A DNA stretch of 64,000 bases from Acidimicrobiales bacterium (GTDB lineage: Bacteria > Actinomycetota > Acidimicrobiia > Acidimicrobiales > SZUA-35), in assembly GCA_037969565.1 (NCBI GenBank), contig JBBKXQ010000049.1, forward strand, positions 6,495 to 70,494, given 5' to 3'. A program made the translations under genes and the position numbers. This document shows positions 38,818 to 49,107 of this stretch, in pieces. Position 1 is the stretch's first letter; each line of letters begins with the position of its first letter. The notes beneath the pieces are model-generated. The model made no database searches, was not told the origin of the DNA, and saw only the letters and a program-made list of their open reading frames with translations.

Positions 38818-39249
38818 ATGACCGCTTCGGCAACCGAACCGACGAGCACCGACCAGAGGGCCGAGCGCGGGCCGATTTCCGAACGCGCCGATTCGCGAGC
38901 CGATCGCTTCATGCTCCGACTGCTCCGGATCCCCACGCACCCCAATGCGAAGGCGGCGCGGCCCGAGGCCGCTCAATCGGCGTTCCAAACATCGATCGTG
39001 CTTTCGGCCGTTCGTTGCCTGCTCACCTACATCGTGCTGCCCTTCGTTGCGCCATTCGTCGGACTGGCAGCGTCGATCGGCGAGCCACTGGGCATCTTGG
39101 TCGCCTTGGTGGCCATCGTTTCGATCACGATGAGCATGAGGCGTTTCTGGCGTTCACGACACAAGCAGCGGTGGACCTACACCATTCTCGGTGGTGTCAT
39201 GATGGGTTTCTTGTTCTTCCTTCTGGCCACTGACATCAGCAACCTCTGA
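38818..39249 (+). CDS. Conserved hypothetical membrane protein
   Basis: ADRFMLRLL, AFQTSIVLSAVRCLLTYIVLPF, RRFW..RW.Y; three TM segments. Confidence 0.7.
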   Translation: MTASATEPTSTDQRAERGPISERADSRADRFMLRLLRIPTHPNAKAARPEAAQSAFQTSIVLSAVRCLLTYIVLPFVAPFVGLAASIGEPLGILVALVAIVSITMSMRRFWRSRHKQRWTYTILGGVMMGFLFFLLATDISNL

Positions 39250-39253
39250 TCCG

Positions 39254-40603
39254 ATGCATGTCGTGATCGTCGGTGCCGGCGAAGTCGGATGGTTCCTGGC
39301 CGAACGCCTCGGCAACGAACACCATGATGTCGTCGTCATCGAGATCGACCCTGCCGCCGCCAACATGATCGCGGAGCAACTCGACGTCCAGGTCGTCATC
39401 GGAAGTGGCTCCAGTCCGTCGGCGCTCGTGGAAGCAGGAATTGGCAAAGCCGACCTCCTCGCCGCCGTCACGCAGAACGACGAAGTGAACATGATTGCTT
39501 CGCTGCTGGGTCGCGAAAATGGGGTGACCAACACCGTCGTTCGTCTGCAGTCCGGCGAGCTTCGGACCGATATCGCCGCCAATCTGATGGATGCGATCGG
39601 AGCCGACCTCGTCATCGATCCCGACGCCGATACCGCTGACGAGATCTTGGAACTGATCCATGCCTCCGGTGCCGACGAGGTGTATCCGATGGCGGCCGGA
39701 AGTCTGCTCGTCATCGGGTGCGAAATCACGAAAGACGCCGAGGTGGCGGGTCGAACGTTGGCCCAAATCGGTGAGGACCACGGTGCCGGCCGGGAGTTCA
39801 TCTTTGGCGCAGTCACTCGCGATGGCGTCACGACGTTTCCCCGGGGCGATCATCGGCTCGAGCCCGGAGATCACGTTCGGATGCTCGTCACCAAAGAGGC
39901 GAGGCATCAGGCCCTCGAGCTCCTCGGTCATCCCGGTGGACTCGCCCGCAGGGTCATGATTCTCGGCGGTGGCGCCATCGGTTTCCGAGTCGCCGACCAT
40001 CTCCAACGCGAGGGGGTCGAGGTGATCGTCGTCGAACGAGATCACGCTCGTGCCGCCGACATCGCCGAACGGTTACGGCGCTGCGTGGTCGTGCGGGGCG
40101 AAATCACCGATACCGACCTCCTGTCCGAGGAATCGATCGGACGAATGGACGTCGTCGTTGCGGCTACGGGCGAGGATTCTTCCAACGTCCTCGCCTGTGC
40201 CTACGCCGCGGCCGAGGGTGCGCCGTTCACCGCCGCCGTTCTCCACAGCCTTTCGCTCCTGCCTCTCGTTCGGCGATTCGGCATCAACGCCGCATTGAGC
40301 CCGCGCACGGCATCAGCCAACGCCGTCCTTCGGTACATTCGGGGCGGAACCACGGCCGTCACCACCTTCCTCGAAACTGACGCCGAAGTCGATGAACTGG
40401 AAATCGAAGCTGGATCCCCCGCCGACGGTGTCGCCGTGTCCGACTTGGTCCTGCCCACCGATCTCGTGATCGGAGCCCTGATCCAACCCGGTCGGCCGGC
40501 GCTGATTGTTTCGGGGCGCACCGTCCTCAACGCGGGAGATCACATCGTCGTTTTTGCTCGACCGGGTGCCCTCGCGAAAGCACAGTCGTCCTTCGGCGCA
40601 TGA
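39254..40603 (+). CDS. trkA: Trk potassium uptake NAD-binding subunit
   Basis: Two RCK_N/RCK_C pairs: IVGAGEVG, ILGGGAIG, DEVNM. Confidence 0.93.
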   Translation: MHVVIVGAGEVGWFLAERLGNEHHDVVVIEIDPAAANMIAEQLDVQVVIGSGSSPSALVEAGIGKADLLAAVTQNDEVNMIASLLGRENGVTNTVVRLQSGELRTDIAANLMDAIGADLVIDPDADTADEILELIHASGADEVYPMAAGSLLVIGCEITKDAEVAGRTLAQIGEDHGAGREFIFGAVTRDGVTTFPRGDHRLEPGDHVRMLVTKEARHQALELLGHPGGLARRVMILGGGAIGFRVADHLQREGVEVIVVERDHARAADIAERLRRCVVVRGEITDTDLLSEESIGRMDVVVAATGEDSSNVLACAYAAAEGAPFTAAVLHSLSLLPLVRRFGINAALSPRTASANAVLRYIRGGTTAVTTFLETDAEVDELEIEAGSPADGVAVSDLVLPTDLVIGALIQPGRPALIVSGRTVLNAGDHIVVFARPGALAKAQSSFGA

Positions 40604-42081
40604 AATTTCCAGGGGCACCACATCCGAACTTGCTCGTCCATGTTCTGGGCATCACCCTCGGTGTCTCTGGTGTCGGCATCGTCATCGCAGGCATCATCGA
40701 TGCGATCGACGGTGGCCCGGATACATGGTCGCTGGTCATTTGTGGTTTCGTCACTGCGCTGGTTGGGTTCGGGCTCTGGCGGTTCACGTGCGTGCCCGAG
40801 CGACTCGAACTGATCGACGTCTTCACCACCGTGATTCTGGCCTGGGGAGGCTTGGCCGTCGCCGGTGCCGTTCCCTACGTCATCACCGGCACCCTTCCTG
40901 CTCTCGACGACGCGCTGTTCGAATCGGTGTCGGGTTTCACGACAACCGGAGCCACGGTCCTTCGTCCGATCGAAGCTGCTTCAGCCGGAATTCTCTTCTG
41001 GCGTTCGATCACGCAATGGATCGGCGGCATGGGCGTGATCGTGTTGGTCGTTGCCGTGTTGCCGACGGTCGGGGCTGGCGGCATGGATCTGCTCGAAGCC
41101 GAAGCGCCAGGTCCCACCGGCGAGCGCCTCACCCCAAGAGTTCGGCACACCGCACGTCGGCTGTGGGCCGTCTACGTGGGATTGACGATTGTGTATGCGG
41201 CCGCCTTCGTCGCCGCCGGCATGAGTCTCTATGACGGCTTCGCCCATTCCTTCACCACGATGTCGACTGGTGGATTCTCGCCCCACAGCGCGTCGCTCGG
41301 CTACTTCCAGTCGGCAACGATCGAGTGGATCGCGATCTCGGGGATGTTCATTGCCGGCGGGAGCTTCACGCTCTGGTATCGCCTCTTGCGTGGCAAACCC
41401 GGACCGTTGATTCAATCGGCCGAGTTCCGGCTGTATGTGATTGTCGTGGTGGTGGCCACCGCCGTGTGTTTCGCAACGGCGGATCCGTCGTATTCCGGTC
41501 ATGACGGAATTCGGAATTCGATGTTCACGGTGCTCTCCGTTGCTTCGACCACTGGCTTCGCCACAGTCGATTTCGGGCAATGGACTCCGTCAGGACAAAT
41601 CATCCTGCTTCTGCTGATGCCGATCGGGGCGATGGCCGGCTCCACGGCAGGCGGTGTCAAGCTCGTCCGCGTTCTGGCCGTTGCCAGCTACGCCCATCGG
41701 GCCACGCTTCGCCAGCTCCATCCGCGGATGATCCGTCCGATCCGAATCGGGTCTGCCGTCCTCGATGACGTCCTCTCCAACCGGATCGTCGGATTCCTCG
41801 TTCTGTCGTTGGCCGCCTTCGGGGGAAGCTCGATACTCATGGTTCTGAGCGGCGCCGATCTCATCACCGGTTTCTCGGCCGCAGCCACGACGTTCGGAAA
41901 TGTGGGTCCTGGCCTGGCCGATGTCGGTCCCACCGCCGACTTCTTGAACTTGCCTCGCTTCGCCCGCTGGGTCGGCATGGGAAACATGTTGCTCGGTCGC
42001 CTCGAGATCTATCCGGTGCTCCTGGCTCTCGCTGCGCTCCCCCGACCACGAGTTGGCCAACGCCCCCGATTCCGCACTTGA
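40600..42081 (+). CDS. trkH: Trk potassium uptake membrane subunit
   Basis: FESVSGFTTTGA, QWIGGMG, STGGFS, STTGF, GSTAGG, NVGPG, GRLEI. Confidence 0.93.
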   Translation: MKFPGAPHPNLLVHVLGITLGVSGVGIVIAGIIDAIDGGPDTWSLVICGFVTALVGFGLWRFTCVPERLELIDVFTTVILAWGGLAVAGAVPYVITGTLPALDDALFESVSGFTTTGATVLRPIEAASAGILFWRSITQWIGGMGVIVLVVAVLPTVGAGGMDLLEAEAPGPTGERLTPRVRHTARRLWAVYVGLTIVYAAAFVAAGMSLYDGFAHSFTTMSTGGFSPHSASLGYFQSATIEWIAISGMFIAGGSFTLWYRLLRGKPGPLIQSAEFRLYVIVVVVATAVCFATADPSYSGHDGIRNSMFTVLSVASTTGFATVDFGQWTPSGQIILLLLMPIGAMAGSTAGGVKLVRVLAVASYAHRATLRQLHPRMIRPIRIGSAVLDDVLSNRIVGFLVLSLAAFGGSSILMVLSGADLITGFSAAATTFGNVGPGLADVGPTADFLNLPRFARWVGMGNMLLGRLEIYPVLLALAALPRPRVGQRPRFRT

Positions 42082-42091
42082 ATTGCGCATC

Positions 42092-43222
42092 ATGGAATCC
42101 GCACCGATCGAGGCATTGACTGCGTTCCGTTCGGCGGTGGCCGAGTTCATCGCTACCTCCGAGCGCAGCGGCGTGGCCTGTCCCGCCTTTGGAGCGATCC
42201 TTCCTCCGCACCTGGTCGAGCGGGCACTCGTCTGGCAGCGGGCCTGTTGCGAGGCCGGCTTTGCCGGCATCCACTGGCCGACCGAACACGGAGGGGCCGG
42301 ACTCAGCCCCGATCACGGAGCCGTGTGGTTCGAGGAGTGCGCTCGAGCCGAGGTTGCGCCCTACCTGAACTTGCAGGGTTTGATCCTGGCCGGCGAGGCC
42401 ATTCTGAGATCGGGAACGATGGAGCAGAAGCAGCGGTATCTCCGCCCCACACTCTCCGGTGAGATCCTGTGGTGTCAGTTGTTCAGTGAGCCGGGCGCCG
42501 GCTCCGACCTCGCCTCGCTGACCACGAGCGCCACCGTGATCGGAGACCACGGCCAACCGGAGAACTTCGTGGTCAACGGTCAGAAGGTGTGGTCGTCGAA
42601 CGCGCAGTTCGCGCAGGCCGGAATACTCATGGCCCGAACAGATCCCGAGCTGCCAAAGCATCGCGGGATCTCGTTCTTCCTGGTCGACATGCGAAGCCCG
42701 GGCATCGAGGTCCGCACGATCCGACAGATGACGGGTGACGAGGAGTTCTGCGAGGTCTTCTTCGACGAGGTCGTCCTGCCGGCCGAGTCCCTTCTGGGCC
42801 CATTGAATGATGGCTGGCGGGTCGCCCTTAACGTGCTGCAGGACGAGCGGGGCAGCTTCGGTTCGGCCGGTGCGATCAGCCTGCGGAGAAGGCTCGACCA
42901 CTTGACCCGGCTGAGTCGTTCCGCCGAAGGCGTCGGCCCGGTCGCCCGCGATGTCCTGGCTCAATTGCAGGTGAAGGGCCGGGTTCTCGAGACCTTGCTC
43001 CGTGGCTCCACCGATCAAACCGCTGGGCCCCCCGCCGCCAAACTCCTGCGAACCGAGTTCGAATCGGCCGCCGCTCAGTTGGAGTTCGCCCTGGGGGGCG
43101 GAAGTGAAGCCCTGCTCTACTCCCCCGGCATGCGAATTGCCGGAGGATCGAGCGAGGTCCAGCGCAACATCATCGGTGAACGAGTGCTCGGACTGCCGAA
43201 GGAGCCATCGGTCGAGGGCTGA
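42092..43222 (+). CDS. Acyl-CoA dehydrogenase family protein
   Basis: WCQLFSEPGAGSDLASL, NGQKVWSS, FCEVFFD, IAGGSSEVQRNIIGERVLGLP. Confidence 0.9.
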   Translation: MESAPIEALTAFRSAVAEFIATSERSGVACPAFGAILPPHLVERALVWQRACCEAGFAGIHWPTEHGGAGLSPDHGAVWFEECARAEVAPYLNLQGLILAGEAILRSGTMEQKQRYLRPTLSGEILWCQLFSEPGAGSDLASLTTSATVIGDHGQPENFVVNGQKVWSSNAQFAQAGILMARTDPELPKHRGISFFLVDMRSPGIEVRTIRQMTGDEEFCEVFFDEVVLPAESLLGPLNDGWRVALNVLQDERGSFGSAGAISLRRRLDHLTRLSRSAEGVGPVARDVLAQLQVKGRVLETLLRGSTDQTAGPPAAKLLRTEFESAAAQLEFALGGGSEALLYSPGMRIAGGSSEVQRNIIGERVLGLPKEPSVEG

Positions 43223-43235
43223 CCAAACAGGCGCG

Positions 43236-43280
43236 GGCGCGATTCTGCAGGGCGCGATTCTGCAGGGTGCGATTCTGCCG
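43236..43280. repeat. 15-bp tandem repeat GGCGCGATTCTGCAG x3
   Basis: Direct reading; 13 bp after stop codon. Confidence 0.85.
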
Positions 43281-43300
43281 CTGATCCGTCAGACTCGCTG

Positions 43301-44275
43301 ATGGCCTCACTGACGGATTTGCTCGAGCAACGCAAGGTACTCCTCGTCGATGGTGCCATGGGAACCGAGTTGTTTCGACGTGGCCTCGGATCGGGCGATC
43401 CACCCGAGCTCTGGAACGTCGAACAGGCCGACCGGGTTGCATCGGTCCACCAGGCCTACGTCGAAGCCGGTTCCGACATCTTTCTCACCAACTCCTTCGG
43501 CGGCACGGGGTTTCGACTCAAGCTGCACAACCTGGAGCATCGGGTCATCGAACTGAATCGGGCCGCAGCCGCGATCGGACGAAAGGTGGCCGATGCCGCC
43601 GATCGTGAGGTCATCGTCGCCGGGTCGATGGGGCCGAGTGGCGAGTTGCTCGAGCCGATGGGAACGATGACACCGCAAACCTGTGCTGTCGCGTTTGCCG
43701 AGCAGGCTCGCGGCCTCGCCGAAGGTGGAGCCGACATGCTCTGGATCGAAACGATGAGCCATCTCGACGAGATCACGGCCGCCGTCGAAGGTGCCACATC
43801 GGTCACCGACCTTCCGATCGCGGCAACCCTCAGTTTCGATACCGCCGGTCGCACGATGATGGGGGTCACCGGCGCCGAGGCCGTCGTGCGCCTCTCCGAG
43901 CTCGGAGTCACGGCCGTTGGGGCGAACTGCGGTAACAACCTCGCCGACACCGAAGCAGCCGTAGCCGAAATGCGGGCTGCCAATCCAGCGATGTTGATCG
44001 TCAGTAAGGCCAACGCCGGAATGCCCGAGTGGCGAGGCACCGAACTCCACTACAGCGGAAGCCCCGAGGTCATGGCCGCGCATGCCCACCGACTTCGTGA
44101 ATCCGGTGTTTCGATCATCGGTGGCTGCTGCGGATCCACACCCGAACACATCGCCATGATGCGGGCCGTGCTCGACGGCTCGCTTCCGGTGCCCGAGGTG
44201 GAGTTCGAACCGGCCGTGATGCGTCAGGTCGCCAAGAGGGATCGTGAACGCCGGAGAGATCGTCCGAGAGACTGA
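43301..44275 (+). CDS. bmt: Homocysteine S-methyltransferase domain protein (Bmt/split methionine synthase type)
   Basis: DGAMGT, TNSFG, GSMGP, IETM, GANCG, NAG, GGCCG Zn ligands; no cobalamin-binding domain. Confidence 0.8.
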   Translation: MASLTDLLEQRKVLLVDGAMGTELFRRGLGSGDPPELWNVEQADRVASVHQAYVEAGSDIFLTNSFGGTGFRLKLHNLEHRVIELNRAAAAIGRKVADAADREVIVAGSMGPSGELLEPMGTMTPQTCAVAFAEQARGLAEGGADMLWIETMSHLDEITAAVEGATSVTDLPIAATLSFDTAGRTMMGVTGAEAVVRLSELGVTAVGANCGNNLADTEAAVAEMRAANPAMLIVSKANAGMPEWRGTELHYSGSPEVMAAHAHRLRESGVSIIGGCCGSTPEHIAMMRAVLDGSLPVPEVEFEPAVMRQVAKRDRERRRDRPRD

Positions 44276-44370
44276 CCGCTGAGTGAGGCGGACCTGCAGG
44301 CAGGCCTCGCCGCTTGTCCTTCCTGGTCGGCGTGCTTGGACGGCGGCTCGTCCTGTGCGATCCTCACGGG

Positions 44371-45222
44371 ATGGGTTACGAATGTTTTGAGCTGGAGATC
44401 ACCGACAAGGTGGCGCACATCCGGATGAACCGGCCGGGAAAAGCCAATTCGATGATCGCCTCGTTCTGGCGGGAGCTTCCGGAGATCGTCGACCGACTCT
44501 CGGCCGGCGGATCGGTTCGGGCGGTGGTCTTGTCGGGCGAAGGTCGGCACTTCTGCTCCGGGATGGATCTCGAGGTGTTCGCCAATGATGGTTCGATCGG
44601 TCCCGATGCTCGACCTGGTCACCGCAGCCGCCGCAACGAACGGTTTCGAAGCACGGCCCTGAAGCTCCAAGACACCTTCACCTCGCTCGAACGGTGTCGA
44701 GTCCCGGTGCTCGCAGCAATCCAGGGGGCCTGCGTGGGCGGAGCCATCGACATGGTGTCGGCCGCCGACATGCGATACGCCACGGCCGATGCGTACTTCT
44801 CGATCGCCGAGGTGAACATCGGGATGACGGCCGACGTCGGAACCCTGCAGCGGCTCCCGAAGCTCGTGGCCGAGGGAATCGTGAGAGAACTGGCGTACAC
44901 CGGCCGACGTTGGACGGCGGCCGAAGCCTGCGCTGCGGGTTTCGTGAATGCGGTGTTCGATGACGAGCAAGCGCTGCTCGAAGGAGTGATGGACCGAGCG
45001 ATGGAAATCGCCAGCAAGAGTCCGATGGCCGTGTGGGGCACCAAGCAAGCCATGCACTACACCCGTGATCACAGCGTGGCCGATTCACTCGAGTTCATTG
45101 CCAACTGGAACGCGGCAATGTTCGACACCGACGACATGGCGGAAGCTTTCGCGGCCAAGCTCGAGAAGCGTCCGGCCGACTTTCCCGACTTGTTCTCACT
45201 CAGCGAAGGACTCGACGGCTGA
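44371..45222 (+). CDS. Crotonase/enoyl-CoA hydratase family protein
   Basis: FCSGMDL, GACVGGAIDM, EVNIGMTADVGTLQRLP. Confidence 0.9.
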   Translation: MGYECFELEITDKVAHIRMNRPGKANSMIASFWRELPEIVDRLSAGGSVRAVVLSGEGRHFCSGMDLEVFANDGSIGPDARPGHRSRRNERFRSTALKLQDTFTSLERCRVPVLAAIQGACVGGAIDMVSAADMRYATADAYFSIAEVNIGMTADVGTLQRLPKLVAEGIVRELAYTGRRWTAAEACAAGFVNAVFDDEQALLEGVMDRAMEIASKSPMAVWGTKQAMHYTRDHSVADSLEFIANWNAAMFDTDDMAEAFAAKLEKRPADFPDLFSLSEGLDG

Positions 45223-45249
45223 ACCGGCAGCGCGTGCCGGCTCAGGTAC

Positions 45250-45540
45250 TCAGTGGTTCTGGAGTTCGTCGGCCTCGATGAGTCCGCCGGCAGCGGCCAA
45301 CGCACTACCGAGCATCACCGTGCGATCGAGAACGGCCTGCAGATAGTGCTCGGCGATGGTTTCGTGACCGGCGAGTGGAATTCGACCGAGCGATCGCACG
45401 ACGGCGGTGGAGTCGGGGCTGATTCGAGCGGTGGTGGGCAATGTCGGGAGTCGACTCTCGTCACCCCAGAACGCCTTCAACTGTTTGGTCGAGGCCTTCG
45501 GACTCTTCCGTCGGCGTCCCCTCGATCGTTTGACACTCAT
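45250..45540 (-). CDS. Small hypothetical protein
   Basis: Starts 1 bp after the SNF2 stop; FWGD..LP..VVRSLG..PL.GHE..AEHY. Confidence 0.7.
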   Translation of the reverse strand: MSVKRSRGRRRKSPKASTKQLKAFWGDESRLPTLPTTARISPDSTAVVRSLGRIPLAGHETIAEHYLQAVLDRTVMLGSALAAAGGLIEADELQNH

Positions 45541-45541
45541 G

Positions 45542-48500
45542 TCACACCGCTTCCTTGATCGGATCTCGTGCTACATCGCCAGCACCGGAATCCACGCTGG
45601 TCGTCGACTCGCCCGACGAGAGCGCTTCGTCTTCGGCGTCGAAACTGAGCAGCGCTTCGGGGTCGATTCCGAGGGCCGCTTGCAGCTGATTCGCATCGAG
45701 ATCGTCGATGGAACTCGACTTCGGAAGGACGAGGTCGGCGATCTTCCGCTTTCCGGCGACCACTTCCTCGACCCGCTCGTCAACGGTTCCGGGACACACG
45801 AGTCGGTGGCAGACAACGGTGTTCTTCTGCCCGATTCGCCATACGCGGTCTCGGGCCTGATCTTCGACGGCGGGATTCCACCAGCGGTCGTACAGCACCA
45901 CGTGGCTGGCCGCAGTGAGATTGAGCCCGGTGCCACCGGCCTTGAGCGAAAGAACCATTGCTCCGGGACCGGTGCCCTTCTGGAATTCGTCGACCATCCG
46001 ATCTCGTGTTCCTCGAGCCAGCCCTCCGTGGTAACAGGCGATCGGCATGTCGAAGCGCTTGGACAGATAACGGGACATCTTCTCTCCCCACGACGCGAAG
46101 TGGGTGAAAATGAGAATGCGTTCGTTCGAAGCGAACACGGTTTCCATGATCTCGTTGAGACGAGCGAGTTTGCCCGACCGACCGTCGAGTTCTTCGTTGT
46201 CATCCTGGTAGTTGACCGGATGATTGCAGATCTGCTTGAGGGCGGTGATGGCGGCCAGCACGGCACCCTGCTTGCGGGGACCACCTTCCGCCGCCGATGC
46301 CTGCTGGGCCACGAGATTGTCGAGCACCGCTTGGTAGAGGCCGATCTGCTCGGGGGTCATTGCGCAATGGTCGAGCTCGTCGATGCGGTCTGGCAGTTCG
46401 GCTGCAATTGCCGGCTCGGCCTTCGTGCGGCGGAACACCATGATGCCGTTGAGCGCTCGCAGAGCACCTTCGGCGTCGCTTCCGGCGTTGGTGGCCGAGA
46501 GTTGGGCGATGAACTGGTTGCGGCCTCCGACTAGTCCGGGGTTGGCCCAATCCAGAATGGCCCAGAGATCGCCGAGTCCGTTCTCGATGGGGGTACCCGT
46601 GAGGGCGAGGCGACTGCGGGCCGGGAGTCGTCGGAGTTGCTGTGCCGTTTCGCTCGTCGGGTTCTTGATGGCCTGCGCTTCATCGAGCACGACATGATTC
46701 CAGTTGATCTTCTCGAGACCGTTCATGTCGCGGACCGCCGTGCCATAGGTGGTGATGACGATGTCAGCCCGCTCGGCCAGGCCGGCCAGCCCTTGTTGTG
46801 TGGCTCTGTTGGGACCGTGGTGGACACGGACCCGAGCACTCGGCACGAACTTCCTGGCCTCCGCAGCCCAGTTGCCAACGACCGCAGGCGGGGCGATGAC
46901 CAGGGAGGGACCTTCGCCCTTCGTGAGGTTGATGTGGGCGAGCATGGTCGGCGTCTTGCCGAGACCCATATCGAGTGCGAGACAACCGCCCAGACCGGCG
47001 CCGTCGAGGAATCCCAACCAGGCCAGGGCGTTCGCCTGGTAGCTCCGAAGCTCGCCTCGGAACCCTTCGGGTTTCGTCGGTAGCTCAGTCGGGAGAGTTT
47101 TGGCACTTCGCAGCAGATCGGCGGCCCAGCCCGTTCCGGTGATGGAGATACCACCCGAGAGTGGAGATCCTTCCAGGCCCAGTGCGTGTCGGAGCATGTC
47201 GGCGCCGGAGAGTCGAGTTGTGTTGGCCCGCTCGGCCAGGGCCGCCGCTGCCTGCTGGAGGTCGGCCTTGTCGAGTTCGATCCACTGACCGCGGCTCTTC
47301 ACCAGCGGTCGGGCCTGGGCCGCCAGTCGTCGGATTTCTTCCGCCGATAGTTCGACGTCGTCGAAGAGCGCCGACCAGCGAACGTTTGCGAGCTGCTGAG
47401 CGCCGACAACGGATTCGGCCGCCTCGGAGGTGAGGCGCAGAGAAGGCGATGCTTTCCGGCGGGACAAGGCCGGCACCCGAACATCGAAACCGGCAGCGGT
47501 GAGCATGTCGCCCTGCACGGTCATCAGCTGCCAGGCCTCGTCTTGGCTCAGTAGCACTTCGCCTCGTCGTCGGGCGCCGGGCCGGAGGAGTGGCGGGAAC
47601 AGACGCTCGAGTCGAGTGAGCTGATCCTTGGCCTCTTTCCGCTTGGTGTTGGACGCATTCACGAGAGCCGATTCGACCGGTTCGAGGTCGTGATTGGAAG
47701 TGGGAGCCAGGACCGCGAGATACCAGGCGTTCGAGTCGTCCGGTGGGTCGAGCTGGATGACAAGGCTGAACTTGAGCGGGGCGGTCACCGGCGCAGCCCA
47801 CTGGTCGAGTCTCCGGGTGAGTTCGGCCCCTGCCCGGGCCGGGGCCTCGAAGGGTTCGCCGTCGAGTCGAGCCAACATGGCTTCCGCCACATCGGTCTTC
47901 GACCGAGGTGTCGGGGGTGGGGCCGGCACATCGAGCCGTCCGGCTGCGGTCGAGCAGATTGCGTCGAGCAGATCGGCGATGACGGCTTGGGTGGTGGTTC
48001 GTGGTTCCTGTTGTTGGGAGAAGGCGGACACGCTCGGCGGCAGAGCGTTGGTCAGATCCTGCAGCTCGTTCTGGTCGAGCAGCGCCGGAACCCACTGAAC
48101 GGCGAAGTGAGCCGCATCTTTCGCCAACGGTTGATCGGTCGCTTCTTTCGGACGCCTGGTCTTCTTGACTTGGGGTACGACACGGCCCTGTGTTGCGAGC
48201 CGCACCGCGACGTTCGCCGCCAGGCCGATCCACTGAGCGCTGACGCCGACTTCGGAATCGGCGATGACCTCGCTGTTCCCGAGGCTGACGAGCCATCCGA
48301 GCACATCACGAATGGGAGCGGAAACGGCTTCGATCTTCTCCCCGGTCGGGAGTTTGCCGCTCTGATGCGGTTCCCACATTTCGGACGATACGCCGGAGGC
48401 GTCGAGCCGTTCGAGCACGTCGTCGATCGTCTCGGGAGGGGCATTGAAACCGCCGGCCCACGCAATCACCCGGTCGGGAGTCCACGACAGTTGCAGGTCG

Positions 48501-48913
48501 GCTTCGCCGACTTCGCCTTCGGAGTTGTCGACCTTCGGTTCTGCCGGCGATTTCGATCCGATCAGATCGGTGAGAACTGCGTCGACACGCCGTATTTCTC
48601 GCTCGAAATCAGCGATGACCATCGAGCGTTCGGGGCCTCGGAGACGGTGCTGCGCATCGTCGGCGACAACGTGGAGGTCGTCGAGATTCCGCAGTAGGAG
48701 TCGGACCCAGGCATCTCGGTGGGCGGTGAGGATCGACAACGCCTCTTCGCTCGCGTCACCATCGACATGGGCTTGGACGAGGGTGGCAAAACCCTGGGGA
48801 ATTCCCTCACCGAGGATGCCTCGCAACTCGGTGCCGGGCTTGATCCCATTTGGAGAAGATTCGCTTGCGGGCAGCTTGCTCGCCACCTCAGCAGATATCA
48901 GGTCAGTCATCAC
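45542..48913 (-). CDS. SNF2-family DEAD/DEAH helicase
   Basis: LRSYQ, DMGLGKT, LDEAQAIKN, LTGTPIEN, SGKL, SLKAGGTGLNL, WWNPAVEDQARDR. Confidence 0.93.
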   Translation of the reverse strand: MMTDLISAEVASKLPASESSPNGIKPGTELRGILGEGIPQGFATLVQAHVDGDASEEALSILTAHRDAWVRLLLRNLDDLHVVADDAQHRLRGPERSMVIADFEREIRRVDAVLTDLIGSKSPAEPKVDNSEGEVGEADLQLSWTPDRVIAWAGGFNAPPETIDDVLERLDASGVSSEMWEPHQSGKLPTGEKIEAVSAPIRDVLGWLVSLGNSEVIADSEVGVSAQWIGLAANVAVRLATQGRVVPQVKKTRRPKEATDQPLAKDAAHFAVQWVPALLDQNELQDLTNALPPSVSAFSQQQEPRTTTQAVIADLLDAICSTAAGRLDVPAPPPTPRSKTDVAEAMLARLDGEPFEAPARAGAELTRRLDQWAAPVTAPLKFSLVIQLDPPDDSNAWYLAVLAPTSNHDLEPVESALVNASNTKRKEAKDQLTRLERLFPPLLRPGARRRGEVLLSQDEAWQLMTVQGDMLTAAGFDVRVPALSRRKASPSLRLTSEAAESVVGAQQLANVRWSALFDDVELSAEEIRRLAAQARPLVKSRGQWIELDKADLQQAAAALAERANTTRLSGADMLRHALGLEGSPLSGGISITGTGWAADLLRSAKTLPTELPTKPEGFRGELRSYQANALAWLGFLDGAGLGGCLALDMGLGKTPTMLAHINLTKGEGPSLVIAPPAVVGNWAAEARKFVPSARVRVHHGPNRATQQGLAGLAERADIVITTYGTAVRDMNGLEKINWNHVVLDEAQAIKNPTSETAQQLRRLPARSRLALTGTPIENGLGDLWAILDWANPGLVGGRNQFIAQLSATNAGSDAEGALRALNGIMVFRRTKAEPAIAAELPDRIDELDHCAMTPEQIGLYQAVLDNLVAQQASAAEGGPRKQGAVLAAITALKQICNHPVNYQDDNEELDGRSGKLARLNEIMETVFASNERILIFTHFASWGEKMSRYLSKRFDMPIACYHGGLARGTRDRMVDEFQKGTGPGAMVLSLKAGGTGLNLTAASHVVLYDRWWNPAVEDQARDRVWRIGQKNTVVCHRLVCPGTVDERVEEVVAGKRKIADLVLPKSSSIDDLDANQLQAALGIDPEALLSFDAEDEALSSGESTTSVDSGAGDVARDPIKEAV

Positions 48914-49107
48914 GCCGTTTCGATTCGCGGACTCAGTAGTCGACGCTCAGATGCAGATCAACTGCATGTGCCGGGGCGGCGGGTGCTTCCACGAGAAGGT
49001 ACAGACCCACCAGCGAGCGCCGGTCATATGAGTCTATCGGCCATTGCCGGTGATCGGTGAGATGGTCGGGCGAGATGCGGGTGACGTGCGACCGCGGATC
49101 GGTGCGT

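Noticed and set aside
37623-39233. 536-aa + strand ORF and 421-aa extension of the VOC gene
   Set aside because: Shadow frames crossing repeats and genuine genes; no recognisable motifs
48947-49027. 26-codon ORF MTGARWWVC..ICI-TGA in frame with SNF2 (possible Sec readthrough or leader peptide)
   Set aside because: ATG is only 3 nt from the -10 box, there is no redox motif or clear SECIS, and SNF2 proteins are not known selenoproteins
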